Assembly (NCBI GenBank): GCA_028534125.1
Contig: CM052817.1
Location: 54,996,001 to 55,060,000, forward strand
Reading direction: 5' to 3'
DNA from: Lama glama
Taxonomy: Eukaryota
Length of the DNA: 64,000 nt
Shown here: positions 1 through 13,310 of the stretch, in pieces
Position numbering within the stretch: the first letter of the stretch is position 1
Layout: every line of letters starts with the position of its first letter
Made by a program: the position numbers and the translations under genes
The notes under the pieces: generated by a model
The model's database searches: none
Seen by the model: only the letters and a program-made list of their open reading frames with translations
What the model was told of the DNA's origin: nothing

Positions 1-377
1 GGAGCAGAAAGACTACCAGAATACACAAAAGACAAGGGGATGAAGATGTGTGGTTGTGAGCCCATGCATGGAAGTTCATGTGAATCCATTAACAGAGCAT
101 GTTAATATACTTAGTCATTAGCCTAAGCATAATGGAAAGAAAATATGTTTTTAAGTAGGGACAGGGGCATGAGCAAATAAGTATTTCAAACCCATTGCTC
201 TGGATTTAATGGATGGAATAGAGGAGGCAAAAAGAATAGAAGTGAAGAGAAACATTAGAGGGCTATTGTCATGTTGAAGCCACAAGGCATAACTTCCATT
301 AGAAATTCAGTTCAAACAACTATATAGATACAGTTCTATATATGGAAAATTAAACAAAATATTTGGAACAGTAGTTC

Positions 378-493
378 TTAAAATGTGATGAGTATGTATA
401 TCAGTATCAACTGTGGTGCTTTTTTCCCCCAAATTGAATAGGTCAATCTTTCCTTTCTAACCTTCTTGATTCTTATATTTCTTGAAGCTAGAG
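378..493 (-). pseudogene. Putative terminal pseudo-exon
   Basis: Acceptor ttttttaatgtgtatgtag. The phase-1 start fits the previous exon. Reads LASRNIRIKKVRKERLTYSIWGKKAPQLILIYILITF* (part of ORF-track 378..566). Confidence 0.3.
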
Positions 494-574
494 CTACATA
501 CACATTAAAAAACATTTCACAAAGACTCTGATATGTTCCTCTAATATGTTCACCACTAATTACCAATTATTTAA

Positions 575-2516
575 CAAGTTACTGAACAACAAATGGGTCA
601 AAGAAGAAATCAAAAGAGAAATTAAAAAATACTTTGAGACAAATGGAAATGGAAATAAAACTTACCAAAACAATTGGGATGCAGCAAAAGCATCCTAAAA
701 TACAATCTAACTTTACACCTTAGGGAGCTGGAAAAATTAGAAATGAAGTCCGAAGTTAGGAGGAGGAAGAAAATAAAAATGAGAGCACAAACAAATAAAA
801 TAGAGACCTCAAAATATATAAAAAAAAAACAATGAAACCAAGAGCTGTTTTTTTAAAAAAGATAAATAAAATTAACAAGCATTTAGCTAGACTCACCAAG
901 AAAAAAGAGAATTTAATTAAAATTAGAAATGAAAGAGAAGATGTTATAGACCATACTATAGAACTGCAAAGAATCATAAGACATTACTATTAAAAATAGT
1001 ATGTCAAAAATGGACAACCTAGATGAAGTGGACAAATTCCTAGAAATATACAACCTACCAAGACTCAGAAACAGAAAATCTGAACAGACTGATTACTCCT
1101 AGGGAGACTGAATCAAGAATCAGAAACCTCCCAACAAACAGAAGTCCAGAACTAGATGGCTTCTCTGGTGCATTCTGCCAAACATTTAAAGAAGAATTAA
1201 TACCGATTATTCACAAACTCTTCCAAGAAACAGAAGAGGACTTCTAAATACACATTATGAGGCCAGCATTACCCTGTACAGAAACCTGACAAAGGTATCA
1301 CACAGAAACTCCAGGCAATATCTCTGATGAACATAGATGTAAAATCCTTAACTAAATACGAGCAAACCATGTTCAACAATACATTAAAAGAATCATAAAC
1401 AATTGAGATTTATTCCAGGAATGTGAGGATGGTTTAACACTGGCATATCCATCAGTGTTACAACACATTAACAGAACAAAGGATAAGGATCATATGATTA
1501 TCTCAGTATATGCAGAAGAAAACATTTGACAGAATTCAACATCCATTTATGATAACTTTCAACAAAGTGGCTATACAGGGAATGTACATTAACATAATAA
1601 AGGCCATGTATGACAACCCTACAGGTAACATCATACTTAACAGTAAAAAGCTGAAAGCACTTCCTGAAGATCAGGAACAGACAAGAATGCCCACTCTCAC
1701 CACTTTTATTCAACATAGTTTTGGAGTCCCTAACTAGGGAAATTAGGCAAGAAAAAGAAAAAAAGTCATCAAAATGGAAAGGAAACAGTACAATGGTCAC
1801 TTGTTATTATATACAGAAAATCCTAACAACTTCACCAACATGAAAAAGAAAAGAAATTGTTTGGACTAATACATGAATTTAGTAAAGTTGCTGGATACAA
1901 AAAAAAAAAAAACTCCAATGTGTTTCTATACCCTAGTAACTATCAGATAAAGAAATTTAAAAAAAAATTCCATTGCAATTGCTTCAAAAACATAGAATAT
2001 GTAGGGATAAATTTAATCAGGGAAAGTAAAGACCTATACACTGAAAACTCTAAGACATTGATTAAAGAAATTGATGAAGACAAATATAAAGAGAAAGATA
2101 TCCATGCTCATGGACCAAAAGAATTAATACTGTTAAAATATTTATACTATCAAAGTCAATCTACAGATTCAATGTAATCTCTGTCAAAATTCCAATGGCA
2201 CTTTTTCTGCAGAAATAGAACAATTTTAAAACTTGCATTTAACTGCAGAAGACAGAAAATAAACAAAGCAGCCTTGGCTGTTAAAAAAAAAAAGATGAAG
2301 GCATCATGCTTCCTGATTTTAGACTATATTACACAGCAACAGTAATCAAAACAGTATGGCATTGACATAAGCACTGACAATAGATCAATGGAACAGAATA
2401 CAGTCCAGATATAAACCCAGCCATACATAGTCATTTAATTTATAGCAAAAGAGCCAAAAATATACAATGGAGAAAAGACAGTCTCTTCAGTAAATGGTAC
2501 TGGGAAACTGAACAGC
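575..2516 (+). mobile_element. L1 ORF2 fragment (degenerate, both ends truncated)
   Basis: L1 ORF2-like text and ORF-track peptides ([32 protein letters not shown]); many frameshifts. Confidence 0.95.
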
Positions 2517-3029
2517 TCAGTTAGTTTCTGATTTGTAACGTGATTTGTAGAAAGTCTGAGGTTATATTGTATGGTAGTGATCAGTGATTCAGGTATTATG
2601 TGTTGTTGATTGGAGATGGTTCAATGTGCATCAGAAATCAAGCAGCCAGATGCAGAACTGAAATCTTCACACAGAAATTGAGAAGTGTGAAAAACATCTC
2701 ACCAATATGGATAATCACCCCAACTCTAACGTGATTTGCCCCAATACAATTCTTTTTCATTTTTACAAGACCCTTATGAAGAAATATTTTTATTAACATT
2801 GTTAAGAATTAGGGCTAGTTTTCAAGATTTACTAAGTACCTAGCCCAAGGGCTTTTCATTAAATTGACTCAAATATTCAAATATATTCTGACTATAAAGG
2901 TATAAACTTCATATACTAAATGTTAAATATAAAAAAATTTTATCTTAATATAAAGATGAAATAATTTAGAAATATAGAAACAAAAATGAACTAAAGTAGA
3001 ACTTAGGGTGTATTTTACAAATCTATTAC

Positions 3030-3148
3030 TGTGGATATCCTACACTTAATTCTTTTTCTTAATAGCAAACTGGTGTTCTTTTAGAGATTTACTACCAAAT
3101 TATGCTCCATTTTGATGAGATTGTTGAAGAAAGTTTTCTATTCTCTCA
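3030..3148 (-). pseudogene. Pseudo-exon
   Basis: Strong acceptor ttctttaatttttgtag, donor CA|gtaata. Phase 2->1. ERIENFLQQSHQNGA*FGSKSLKEHQFAIKKKN*V*DIH. Confidence 0.4.
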
Positions 3149-3289
3149 CTACAAAAATTAAAGAATAGTCTGATATTTGCCCCACTCTATTCATATTCTC
3201 AATGTCAATGAGTGCTCAGGCAGTAGATTTACTCTCTAGTCTAAGGGACTGAGAATATAGAACAAGTAGGGCAAGAAAGAAAATGTTAC

Positions 3290-3479
3290 TCAGAGCCTGA
3301 TGTCAAGTGTTTCCAGTGACCTTCAGGGGCTACCTTATTTCTGACTGTTTTCAAGCCTGTTTCTTTTATTCTTTTGAAATAAATGTTCTTTAAGGATAAA
3401 TTATTTAACAGGCATGGTAAAGGGCTAGCATGTTGCAGTTATGAGAATTAATTGTTTCAATTAGGAGTTGATTTATAAG
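3290..3479 (-). pseudogene. Pseudo-exon
   Basis: Weak acceptor gacttag, donor GA|gtaaca. Phase 1->2. ...LQHASPLPCLLNNLSLKNIYFKRIKETGLKTVRNKVAPEGHWKHLTSGS. Confidence 0.35.
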
Positions 3480-3649
3480 CTAAGTCTACCATTGTCTATA
3501 TGTCTATGATATGCAGACCTATGTCTACATCTCTAAGTCTAAAAAGAACACCTCTTCATGGTTTATATATGTTGAAGAGGCCCAAAGTGTGGAGGGGCAG
3601 AAGAAGGAGAACAGCATCTTTCAAAAATGATGTTGGTATTTTCTTTAGG

Positions 3650-4200
3650 AAACTTGAAGTCAAACTCTAGTATTGCTTCTGCAAGTTCTGTATACTAATG
3701 TAAGTAATAATATGAAGGATGTGATAGTGCCTGGAAGAGTCCAAATTTTGTAGAAGGGAAGTATGAAAAGAAATGAACCAGACAGACAGGGGTGGTCAAA
3801 GAAAAGGATAATTTCAGTTGAGGCTTGAATGTGGTGCCATTACTGATAGTGTTTGAGATCTGAATGTACGAATTGATAGGTGAGAAAAGGTGAGGAAGAA
3901 GGCCACTGGAGGTGAGGAAGTCAAGGAAATAAGAGACTAGGGTGCTGGGAGAATCAGAATCGCTATTAAAAATCACGAGGGATGTGTAGCAATGAATAAA
4001 AGTCTAGAAAACAGAGTTCTAATGTCTTCAAGGAAGAGAAAGCGTAACAGGGAGAATGGCTGCAATGTGCAGAGAGTGCTGGTACTGTGTGTTTTAGGAA
4101 AACTGAATTCTCATTAGAAAAGGGAAAATACTGATCTAGAAATAGAAATAAAGAGCAAAGGCAGATAACAGGTGGTTGTGGTGGGGTTCTGGCTAGGTGT
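3650..4200 (-). mobile_element. L2 fragment
   Basis: Purine-rich L2-antisense text (ggccactggaggtgaggaagtcaaggaaataagagactagggtgctggg); boundaries approximate. Confidence 0.55.
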
Positions 4201-4333
4201 CAAAAGCATGGTGAAATCAAGTGCATCTTCTCCCTTTAACGTATAATGGGGTCTCAGTAAATATTTACAGAATGAAAGAATGGTAAAGTATAAAAATCAG
4301 TCAATTCAGATGAAACAGAAGGGACTCAGGCCT

Positions 4334-4662
4334 TATCTTAGTCAGCCTGGGCTACCATAACAAAAATACCATAGAGTGAGCGGCTTAAACAAACATTTAT
4401 TACAGTTCTGGAGGAAAGAAGTCCAAGGTCAAGAGGGTGACAGGTTTGGTATCTCGTAAGGTCTCCTTCCTAACCAAACATCATAGGCCATTTTTTGCTG
4501 GATCCTAACGTGGCAGAAGGACCAAGAGACTTCTCTGGAGTTCCTTTTATAAGGGTGCTAATCCCATTCATGACCTAAATTACCTTTCAAAGCCCGCATC
4601 TCCAACTACCATCACATCGAGGGTTAGGATTTCAACATAGAAATTTGGAGGGAACACAAGCC
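4334..4662. mobile_element. MaLR solo LTR (MLT1/MST type)
   Basis: Begins tatcttagtcagcctgggctaccataacaaaaataccatagagtgagcggcttaaac and ends ttaggatttcaacatagaaatttggagggaacaca, typical MaLR LTR text. Confidence 0.85.
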
Positions 4663-4935
4663 TAAAACTTTGATATTAAGAAAATTTAGATATACTTTGT
4701 TTCTTATTGATAAAAAATATTTGGGCTAGATTTGTTAAGTATGATATGTGGTTAAAAATAATATTACTTGGAATAATATCACATTCAATTCTTTAAAGAT
4801 ATTGGCAATCACGTAACTGAGAATCTTCTATGAGCATAAAACAAGCAACTCTTTCTTATTTTAGTTCCTAGTACTCCCTGGAACATCAGCCAACACTAGT
4901 TACTTTAAAAATGCATATTTTTATATGTTCTCTAC

Positions 4936-5157
4936 CTATTTTTGTTTATTTAAATATATTTCAAAGTTGTGGGCTTTTTTCTTGAATATCTTCATATAGT
5001 TAGTAATATTCTAAATATATTTTTATTGCTTTTGTAATTTTTGGATGAAGCATATTATCTACATTAAAAAGATTACTATAGTATTAAATTTTTTATTCCA
5101 GCCCTTACAAGTTTCATTGTTATTTTCTTTAATTATTCTCTTACCATTCTAAAACCC
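4936..5157 (-). pseudogene. Pseudo-exon (internal frameshift)
   Basis: Acceptor taactgcag, donor TAG|gtagag. Phase-2 start gives GFRMVRE*LKKITMKLVRAGIKNL; after a shift it reads YYSNLFNVDNMLHPKITKAIKIYLEYY*LYEDIQEKSPQL. Confidence 0.5.
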
Positions 5158-6028
5158 CTGCAGTTATTATTAAAATGATACAGATATTGTGTGCATTTAA
5201 AAATATTCTGAGTTTATTTAGGAAAACAGTATCAATAAAATATGCTTTGTTAATTTTTCATAAAATTATTCAAAGTAGTAAAAAGAGAATTCAGATAAAT
5301 TATCATATGGGACTTTCAAACATATTGAATAACATTCTCCTTTCAAGGACGTTTAAACAGAATTTTTGTTGATACCAATGGATCTTGATGTTAGCCTGAA
5401 AGAAAAAGTTGAGTGGATTAAAAATTTATGAACTCTTGAGATTAGGAACACAGGGAGGCAACCTGTGGAGATAAAGGAAGTTGTCAACAAAAAGAAGTTT
5501 AAGAAAGTTTGAGGAAAATTATTGAGCTCTACTTTAGGTAGTATACTTAAAGAGAATTTTAAAAAATCTTGTGTGGGTATTTTATAGATAACAGACAGTA
5601 ATTGAAAGTCTACAAGCTGATGTATTCCTCTAGGAAAAGTAATATGTAGTAACAACGTGAAAGACATAATATCTTGTACAATCCAACAAAGCCAGTGGGA
5701 GATTGTATTGAGTACATTGGCCTGTGTTTAAATCACAAAATCGATAAAGATTTGTCTTTATTTGGGAAGGCCCTCAGAAGATAGATTAAGATGCTAACAC
5801 TAAGTGATTATTTTTTTTAATCTTCGGTATATTGAAAATAAAACAATTTTTTAGGTTGTTCAGAAAACATATTTCAGTATTAAAAACATTTGGAAGAATA
5901 TTTAGCCATCATCTTTAGTGAACATTTATTAAATATCAAATGTGTATAGAACTGTGTTAAGTCTCTAGATGTAGAACATTATTATATTTTGGTTTTCAAT
6001 TGGTATTTTTCCCTGTGCTAATACAAAC

Positions 6029-6154
6029 CCCAAAGGTACAGTAGAGTAATAATCATTTAAACTCTTCTTTTAGCCTAGATATTTTCCCCTTATTTCATAT
6101 GATTTTTAAATATGTTGCTATGAAACATTTTTTCTTGCATAAAATGAATTCATC
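6029..6154 (-). pseudogene. Pseudo-exon, RGS-like helix 4-5
   Basis: Acceptor tttaaacttcag, donor GG|gtttgt. 126 nt, phase 2->2. (W)MNSFYARKNVS*QHI*KSYEIRGKYLG*KKSLNDYYSTVPL(G). Confidence 0.5.
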
Positions 6155-6983
6155 CTGAAGTTTAAATACTGTGTCAATCATGCTGTTAGATAGTCTTCAA
6201 AATGCAATATGCATTTAACAGATAAAAAAGAAGAAGATAAACCATTTGCAAGCACTCTAAAAAACTTTCAGACATTATTTCACGAGCACAAATTATTAAG
6301 GCAACATGGAATGAATTAAGATACAGATCAAGATGACTGTGATTACTGCTTTAAAACATGCATCTAATATCATCAGCCTTAAAATGCTATTGCAGTGGTC
6401 TTACTGAGCATACTAAACTTCTACATATTTGCTTATTTGGAGCGTAACAAAAATTTAGAAATATTTTATATAGGAAAAAAATGGGCAAACATGGGAAACA
6501 GAACTGTATTTTCACTACTGAGATAAGGCAATGAGATAGAAAATAAAAGATACTGTTCTGCCACTCAGAGTCCATCCTTCCTCTTACAAACACTTGCACG
6601 TGCATACATGCCAAGACACAGAACCTACTGATGAACAAAAAGAGGGAAAAAATGGAACAGAGGAAATTAGGCCTAGAAATAGTCCTTATTTACACACAAA
6701 TACAATCCAACACAAGATTTTTTTTTCATTTTTAATAAGATAATATTCTATTTATTTTGGAAGATTCTTCCCGTCAAGGGGAAAATCTATTTTTAGTACA
6801 GTATCAAGCAAGACTCAACGCCATTCAGGAGCAAGGAAAATTACATATGAAAACAGGCAGTTTCAGCAGCTACTAGCCTTAGTGCAATTATATCTTCTTC
6901 TTTTCTCTTAATTAGTTGCAAAGGTATATTAGTCTACCACAAATTCTCTTTGCTCTATACAAGCAGTACATATTGGTAGATTT

Positions 6984-7621
6984 TGTTAGAGCAGGCAGAT
7001 AGCTAGATGTGAGCAGAGAAAGGGGGATGCAGACCAAATGGCAGGAATTGGGCAGAAAACAGGGACACAGGCCAAATGCAGGAAACCATACATCATGTAA
7101 GCACCAGGGCTCCCTGAGCAGAGAAAGAAAAGCAGAAAACTTGGCTGGATAAGTGGTCATACCTTTTGGGCTGATCAGAGACCTGGAGGTCAACAAAGAT
7201 AGGTGGGAAAAGGCAGGAATCTCCAGTGTCCGAATGTAACCTTTTGCTCATTATGCCCTCATTACAATAAAAGCAGCCTTGCAGATTAGAAGTACCCATC
7301 ATGCACCAACACTGTGACACTTCCGATCCAGACTAAATAAGGACAAAAATCCTTCCTCCCTTTGGGAATGTGAAGTTGGGATGAAAATCAGGGAATAGGA
7401 ATCCAAACCCTTCCCCAACTAACGAATATTCTGTCCATTCATTTCTATACTCTATGTAACCAACTTGCCAAAGAAACTCAGCAGAGCTGCTCACCTGAGC
7501 CTGCCCACTCTCCCCTTGAGAGTGTACTATCTATCCCTAATAAATCCTGACTACTTTCTTAACCTCTGTCTTGTCTCTGAATTCTTTCTGGGACGGGACA
7601 AGAACTGAGACACCGGTTACA
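6984..7621 (+). mobile_element. ERV1-like solo LTR (about 640 bp)
   Basis: TGTTAG...GTTACA termini; AATAAA at about 7539 followed by a U5-like ctctgtcttgtctctgaattctttctgggacgggacaagaac; GC content above background. No clean TSD seen. Confidence 0.8.
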
Positions 7622-8092
7622 TGTACTGGGAACATTTTCATTATTTTTATGTTGAGATTATCCATATATTATTTTCCTAACAGTCTTGACCATGAAGTAA
7701 GTTCCCACTTAATATCAAGTTATTCTTTTTAATTTAACTAATCATAATTAATAGTCATGGTTAATTTGTTTCACAATTTTATTTCATTCGACTTCTGTAC
7801 AGTTTATCACTTTTACCTTTCGATGATACAACATATTTAATGTCTTTAGTGTGAGATTTTTAGAAATGTACAATACCTTCCTTTAGAATAGCATAAAGTA
7901 CTTTTCAGGTGACCACGTATCACCTCAATACTAGTAGATAGTTGGAAGTAGTGACAGTTTAAATTCAGCCATTAATACATTAAAAAAAAAAGACAATACA
8001 AATTCCCTTATCAGCTATGCTATTGTGCTGAAAATCTTGTGGCATCTACAAATGGCCAATACATTTTCTTGCAAACAGATACAGCACCTTAC

Positions 8093-8257
8093 CACAGTGG
8101 CCCTATGGATACTGAATGTAGTTGTCTGGAGTTTGGCACAACTTTTTAAAAAACTTTTTTCTTTAATCCTAAGTCAGTGCATCTTTTCATTAATAATCTA
8201 CTTATTCTAATAATGGCATCTCTAAAGGGGGCTGGCAATCTGCATTCCATAATACGT
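8093..8257 (-). pseudogene. Pseudo-exon
   Basis: Acceptor ggtgtttag, strong donor GTG|gtaagg. 165 nt, phase 2->2. RIMECRLPAPFRDAIIRISRLLMKRCTDLGLKKKVF*KVVPNSRQLHSVSIGPL has only 1 stop in 54 codons. Confidence 0.55.
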
Positions 8258-9809
8258 CTAAACACCTTGTGTGTGTGTTTTCTCACCATGATTTACTACT
8301 CAAAAGAAAGTGAAAATATTCATTGACAGAACAAGGGAGCATATCTTTATTTATGATGCCTCTTTCCAAGGCAAGTATTGAGATCTCAACTAACTGAGGA
8401 TTTTTCCTAAATAATTTGCATATATTCAGGCCTATCACTCTGAAGTAAGATGCTGAAGTGTTTTTAATCAGATTAGCTTCTGCATTGCTACATTTAAGAC
8501 TTTATTTGGCAAATATTTAGTGTGCCTGTCTTACAGCATCACAAATAAAAGTTTGCATTGTATAAATGTAGCTTTCCCCCATGGACAGCTAAAAAAGATA
8601 CTATATTCATGGAATGCTATCAAATTTTAGAAATCTTCTGGTCCCCCAAAGTGAATAGATTAGTTCAGAAAACAAGCTATTTATTAACCAGGAAAGATAA
8701 TAATGGATATTTTGCTGTTTCCTGATTTGTGAATGATATTGTATTAGGTCCAATGAAGAATGTTAAAAGTAACTGAAATTCATACAGAAAGGGGAAATAC
8801 AAAGCAAACAAATGTTAAACGTAGGACATAAAATTTGCCAAGTGCCTGTAGAAGAAATTCTGTACTTAAGCTCTGAAAGAGACATTAAGCTCAAGATGAC
8901 TATCTGTCCCGAAGTTATGTAATTAAAATGAGTGCACTGACCAAGGATTTTTAAATAGATATTTGAAAGTTTGGAGGCAAAGATGGTTGGGGGAGAGGTG
9001 GGATTGAATCCAGTCTAGAGCAAAGACTTACACAAAGTTCAGGAACAAGTATTCAAAATGTATCAACAAGAAAATAACCACCCTAGATGGCCTGGAATGG
9101 AACTTCTGCACAGATAATGAAAGACAAGAATAATTAGACAAGGGAGACAAGGAAATGAATAGCGTACATTTGAAAAGAGAGACTAAAGATCCAGGGTTTG
9201 AAAACAATGGCAAGAACATACTACTTCTTTTAAAAAGGGAAATTTACAACTATATAGTTTACAGATCTGATATCCTGTGTGGAGTTTTTGGTTAAATCAT
9301 CTCATAATTGACACCCACTGAGCTTGGGTGGTCAAGGCTACAAAACATTCTCTCAATGCCAAAGATCTACTCTTCCTTCCCTGGAATGGGAATTTGGGGA
9401 TTAGAGGGGTGCCAATGCTTATTAGTGACTTTTGATAGGATCATGAAATGTAGGCTTGGCAATTTTCCTAGGAGGAATGATAAATGAACCATGGATCAGT
9501 TCTTTAATGTGCTTTATTAATACAATTAAGACTCATTGATTTGACTAATGTTTTCAATAATGTAATACTTTACTTTTGTGCCTAATTTAAGGAGCTTCAT
9601 GAACTCTAGACCACTGTTTGGTTCAACATCACATTGAGGGGAAGAAATAGGGACTAACATTTGGATAGAGAAACGTAATATGACCTAAAACTCTCAGAAG
9701 TGAAAAATCACTTTAGAAAACTAAATTCAAATGCTCAATTCAGAGGCAAGATTTTTTATTAAATGTTCCTTATTGCTAAGTTCTAGTCTATTTCCTTTTC
9801 ATTTTACAT

Positions 9810-10100
9810 CCTCTCCTGGGGTGATCACATCCATGCCCATTATTCCCAATGACCACTTATAAGCATATTAGTCACACATCTTATCTCCAGTTCAGGGATC
9901 TCTCATGAGTTTTGGTTCCATGGTTATAACTGTACTTGGCATTTTTGATGGATCTTTCAAAGGCACTTGAAGCTCAACAAGTCTCAAAATAAATTCATGA
10001 TCTTTCCCACACTTACTACTTTCTCTCTTTCATTGTTTTGAGTCATACTGAATGGCAGCATTATTTATAAACAAAAGAAGTGTAGGAGCTAGCATTAATC
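9810..10100 (+). mobile_element. L2 fragment
   Basis: tatctccagttcagggatctctcatgag...ggcacttgaagctcaacaagtctcaaaataaattcatgatctttccc resembles the L2 3' region. Confidence 0.7.
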
Positions 10101-10139
10101 CTCACATCTGTTACTTTCATTACAAGTATACTTTAAGGC

Positions 10140-11200
10140 TTTTCAGATCTTTTGTTTAGGATAATTTCCCTCATATCTTTATGACTATCCTTTAAATTTT
10201 TTATTTTCTTAGTTTATGTTAGTTTTAAAATGTTTTGTTTAAAATGTTATTTGGTTCTAACTTTTGAAAGGTATTTTTGACTTCATATAATGTCTGATGT
10301 TGACACTCATTTTCTCTTAGTGAGGTAAGGATGTTATTCCATCATATTCTGGCTTCCAGCATATCTATTGGAAAGTTCAGGAGTCACTAGTATATCAGTT
10401 CCACTGAAGTTAATTATCTTTTCTTTTTCTGGCTGTTTGATTAGAATTTTCCTTTTGTTTCCCACATTTTAGTTTGTTGTGTCTAGTTGTGCATTTCTCT
10501 ACATATTTTTCAGAGGATTCAGCTGCCTTCTCACATCAGTTACATATTATACTTATTTATTTATGAAAAAATTCTCCTCTGTTATCTTGTTAAACATTGT
10601 ATCTCTTCCATTTCCTTTCTCATTTCCTTTAGAAGCCCCAATTGGATATATATTGCATGTTCTCTCTCTGCTCTCCATGTCTCTACTCAATGTTTTCATA
10701 TTTTAAACTTGTTTCTCTATTAAATTTTTGATAATTTCTTTATACCTATTTTTCAGGATAAAAATTCTCTTCAAATTCTGGTAGCCTACTGCTAATACTA
10801 TTTATATAATACTATTTATATAAAACTCCTATGTTTAATTTTTAGAATTTTTATATAAATGTATGTTGTATTCATATATGCCTGCCAATTTTCAATCCCT
10901 TGCCTTTTATTTAGTTTTAGTTTCCTCTTATTGCCTTAAACATCTTCAACATTTTGTTTAATAATTTCAATATCTGAAACTTTTGTTCACCTCAGCCTTA
11001 TCTTTTTTTTTTCCTGTTATTCATGATGCCCTGTATTTCATTGTCTGCTGTCACTGTTTTTGTATCTGTTTTTGCCACTGTGGTATTATTCTTGGAGATT
11101 TATCTCTAGAAATTCCTGAAAGCACTCCTTAAAAGTGAGTCTTCAAAAATATGTATTTGCTTTGCTTTAACAAGTATCTGAGAGCACTACAATTTTAACT
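10140..11200 (-). mobile_element. Old L1 (L1M-type) fragment, antisense
   Basis: T-rich; ttattccatcatattctggcttccagcatatctattggaaagttcagg resembles the antisense ORF1 region of old L1M; highly diverged. Confidence 0.6.
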
Positions 11201-11791
11201 AAATTCTCATCTTGAGGTAACATGAACTCATATCTAAGATTCCTTAAGTGAACTTTCCTCCCTTCTTCAGTAAATTAACCTCTGATATCTTATTTTTCTC
11301 TCCCTATAAGAATACAAAACATAATAATTAACGCATATCCTGGATGATGTGCATTTTATTAAATGCATTTATTTCAAACTGCCAAAATCATAAGGAAATA
11401 GTCAGGCTCCAAGTGGAATATCTGACATGATTAATTGAGTGCCCTGGGTGACAAAGAGTGTAAACAGTACCCTCATCTCCTCCTTTAATTGAAAACAATA
11501 TAATTCTGTGCCCTGCCTCCCCGTGTTATCATTCCAGTTCAAAATTAAGTGTGAGAGCAAAAGTCTCACCATATACAAATAAAAGTATAATATAAATAAA
11601 ATTAAAGGCACAAAAAGATGATAGGCAAAATCTGTTTCAAAATCAATTTCAAACAATTCACAAAATGCTATTTAAATGTGAAATGAAAATAATTTGGCAT
11701 AAAAAGGATTGTTTACCAAAATTATTTGAAGTCATTAGAAAAATTCCCTATAGTACTAAAACTTCTACTTCAGTATGTAATATAAAAATAC

Positions 11792-11979
11792 CTCTTGAAG
11801 TGATTTCTGGATCTGTTCATCTCGTACATGCACAGAACCATATTTAAGAACTCTTACTGTAGATGAGCAAAGCAATTATTTCTCTGTACTGTAAGTGTGA
11901 TTTCAATATTCTGATATACTAACTGCTATCAAAATGCATCATTTTAGAAAATGTTTTCTAAAGGCCACTTTACATACAA
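11792..11979 (-). pseudogene. Pseudo-exon, RGS-like helices 5-7
   Basis: Acceptor cattatctcag, donor GAG|gtattt. 188 nt, phase 0->2. LYVKWPLENIF*NDAF**QLVYQNIEITLTVQRNNCFAHLQ*EFLNMVLCMYEMNRSRNHFK. Confidence 0.6.
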
Positions 11980-12149
11980 CTGAGATAATGCTGTGGTTAA
12001 TAAGCTAACTAAGCAACCACTTTATCTGTCTTTACAAGTAAATCATAAAATCCCATATTTGCAAATGATCAACAGAACCAATATAAAAACAAAATAGCAA
12101 AAGAATTAAAATATAAGAACTGCACTGTCTTAAGCTGCTATAAGTTAAC

Positions 12150-12278
12150 CTTATTAAGTTAGATCAAAAAAGCTTATTTTCATGAATTGATTGCCAGCTG
12201 TTTCCATTTGTTAATTTTAAGAAAAAATTTTGCACAATTGGCAAACAGCTTTTTATTAATAATATTTAGAGTATTTTT
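12150..12278 (-). pseudogene. Pseudo-exon, RGS-like helices 3-5
   Basis: Acceptor ttattttgttaaacag, donor AAG|gttaac. 129 nt, phase 0->0. KNTLNIINKKLFANCAKFFLKINKWKQLAINS*K*AFLI*LNK. Confidence 0.55.
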
Positions 12279-12959
12279 CTGTTTAACAAAATAATTCTAT
12301 TTGACTCAGAAGGCAAAGAAAACAGAAAAGCTCAATAAAACAGAAATGACCTAAAATACCAATATCCCAGAAGAATCATGTCTTTGGAGTGGATCCTTCT
12401 AAACTTTTGTCCATATCTATGACATATGTAGATAGATACATAGTAAAAAAAATATGTAATATATGCATATATACAATTTGCATAAACACATCTCACAAAA
12501 CTCACTCAGAGCAGATATAATTTAAAACTAGCTATTTAAAAATACACATGTACACATACACATATATTGGAAATACAGTTCATACAACTGTTCTCTTAAT
12601 GTATTGATAAGCAACAGCAAATAAATACCACGATCCTTTAATTTCACATTTAAACTACATAATTTTAATAATCATAGGGTTTTCCTACCTACTCTAAATG
12701 ATTTCCACATTTTACACTCTCTCCTTATTACTATAAATAATTCAAACCTTCTAAAGGCAATGTGTTCTAGATTGAAATTTTCATCTCATCTGTAAACTTT
12801 AAACTTGGGTGCTGATGAACGTCCAATTCACATACAGAAGCCTTGAGAGACTAAACAATGTGAAGGTACCATTAACTTACAATAATAGTTAGCACTTCAA
12901 TATCACTTGATAGTCACTTTTTAATAATATCTGAGGTAGATATTAATAGTAAAAGAACT

Positions 12960-13310
12960 GTATGGATTTAGGACAGATGCATACCTGGCTGAAATCAGCA
13001 CTGCAACTTTCTAGTTATAGAATCTCTGGTAAGTTTATTAGTATCTCAAATCCCCAGTTTCCCCTCTTTATAAATGGATTATTACCCATCCCTTGTATTC
13101 ATTAGAGTGAATTTTTAAAAAAGCATATGTGAATTGCTTAGCATTATGCTAGTATGAATTAACTTCTCAGTCAATGTCCTTTGTTATGATCTGCCTTTTT
13201 TTCAGATGAAGAAATGGAAGCATGGAGATATGAAAAACACGTATCAGAACGTACTTGGTGGTGGTAACCACAGAGCTGGACCTTGAATCCCATTCTTTCA
13301 TACTTCATAC
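12960..13310. mobile_element. MIR SINE fragments (two, opposite orientation)
   Basis: MIR core text cccagtttcccctctttataaatggattatta and ttttcagatgaagaaatggaagcatggaga. Confidence 0.7.

Noticed and set aside
4936..5157. Alternative reading as an RTE/L4 LINE ORF2 remnant (W...YYSNLFN)
   Set aside because: Splice-bounded and in phase with the upstream exon; no further LINE motifs nearby.
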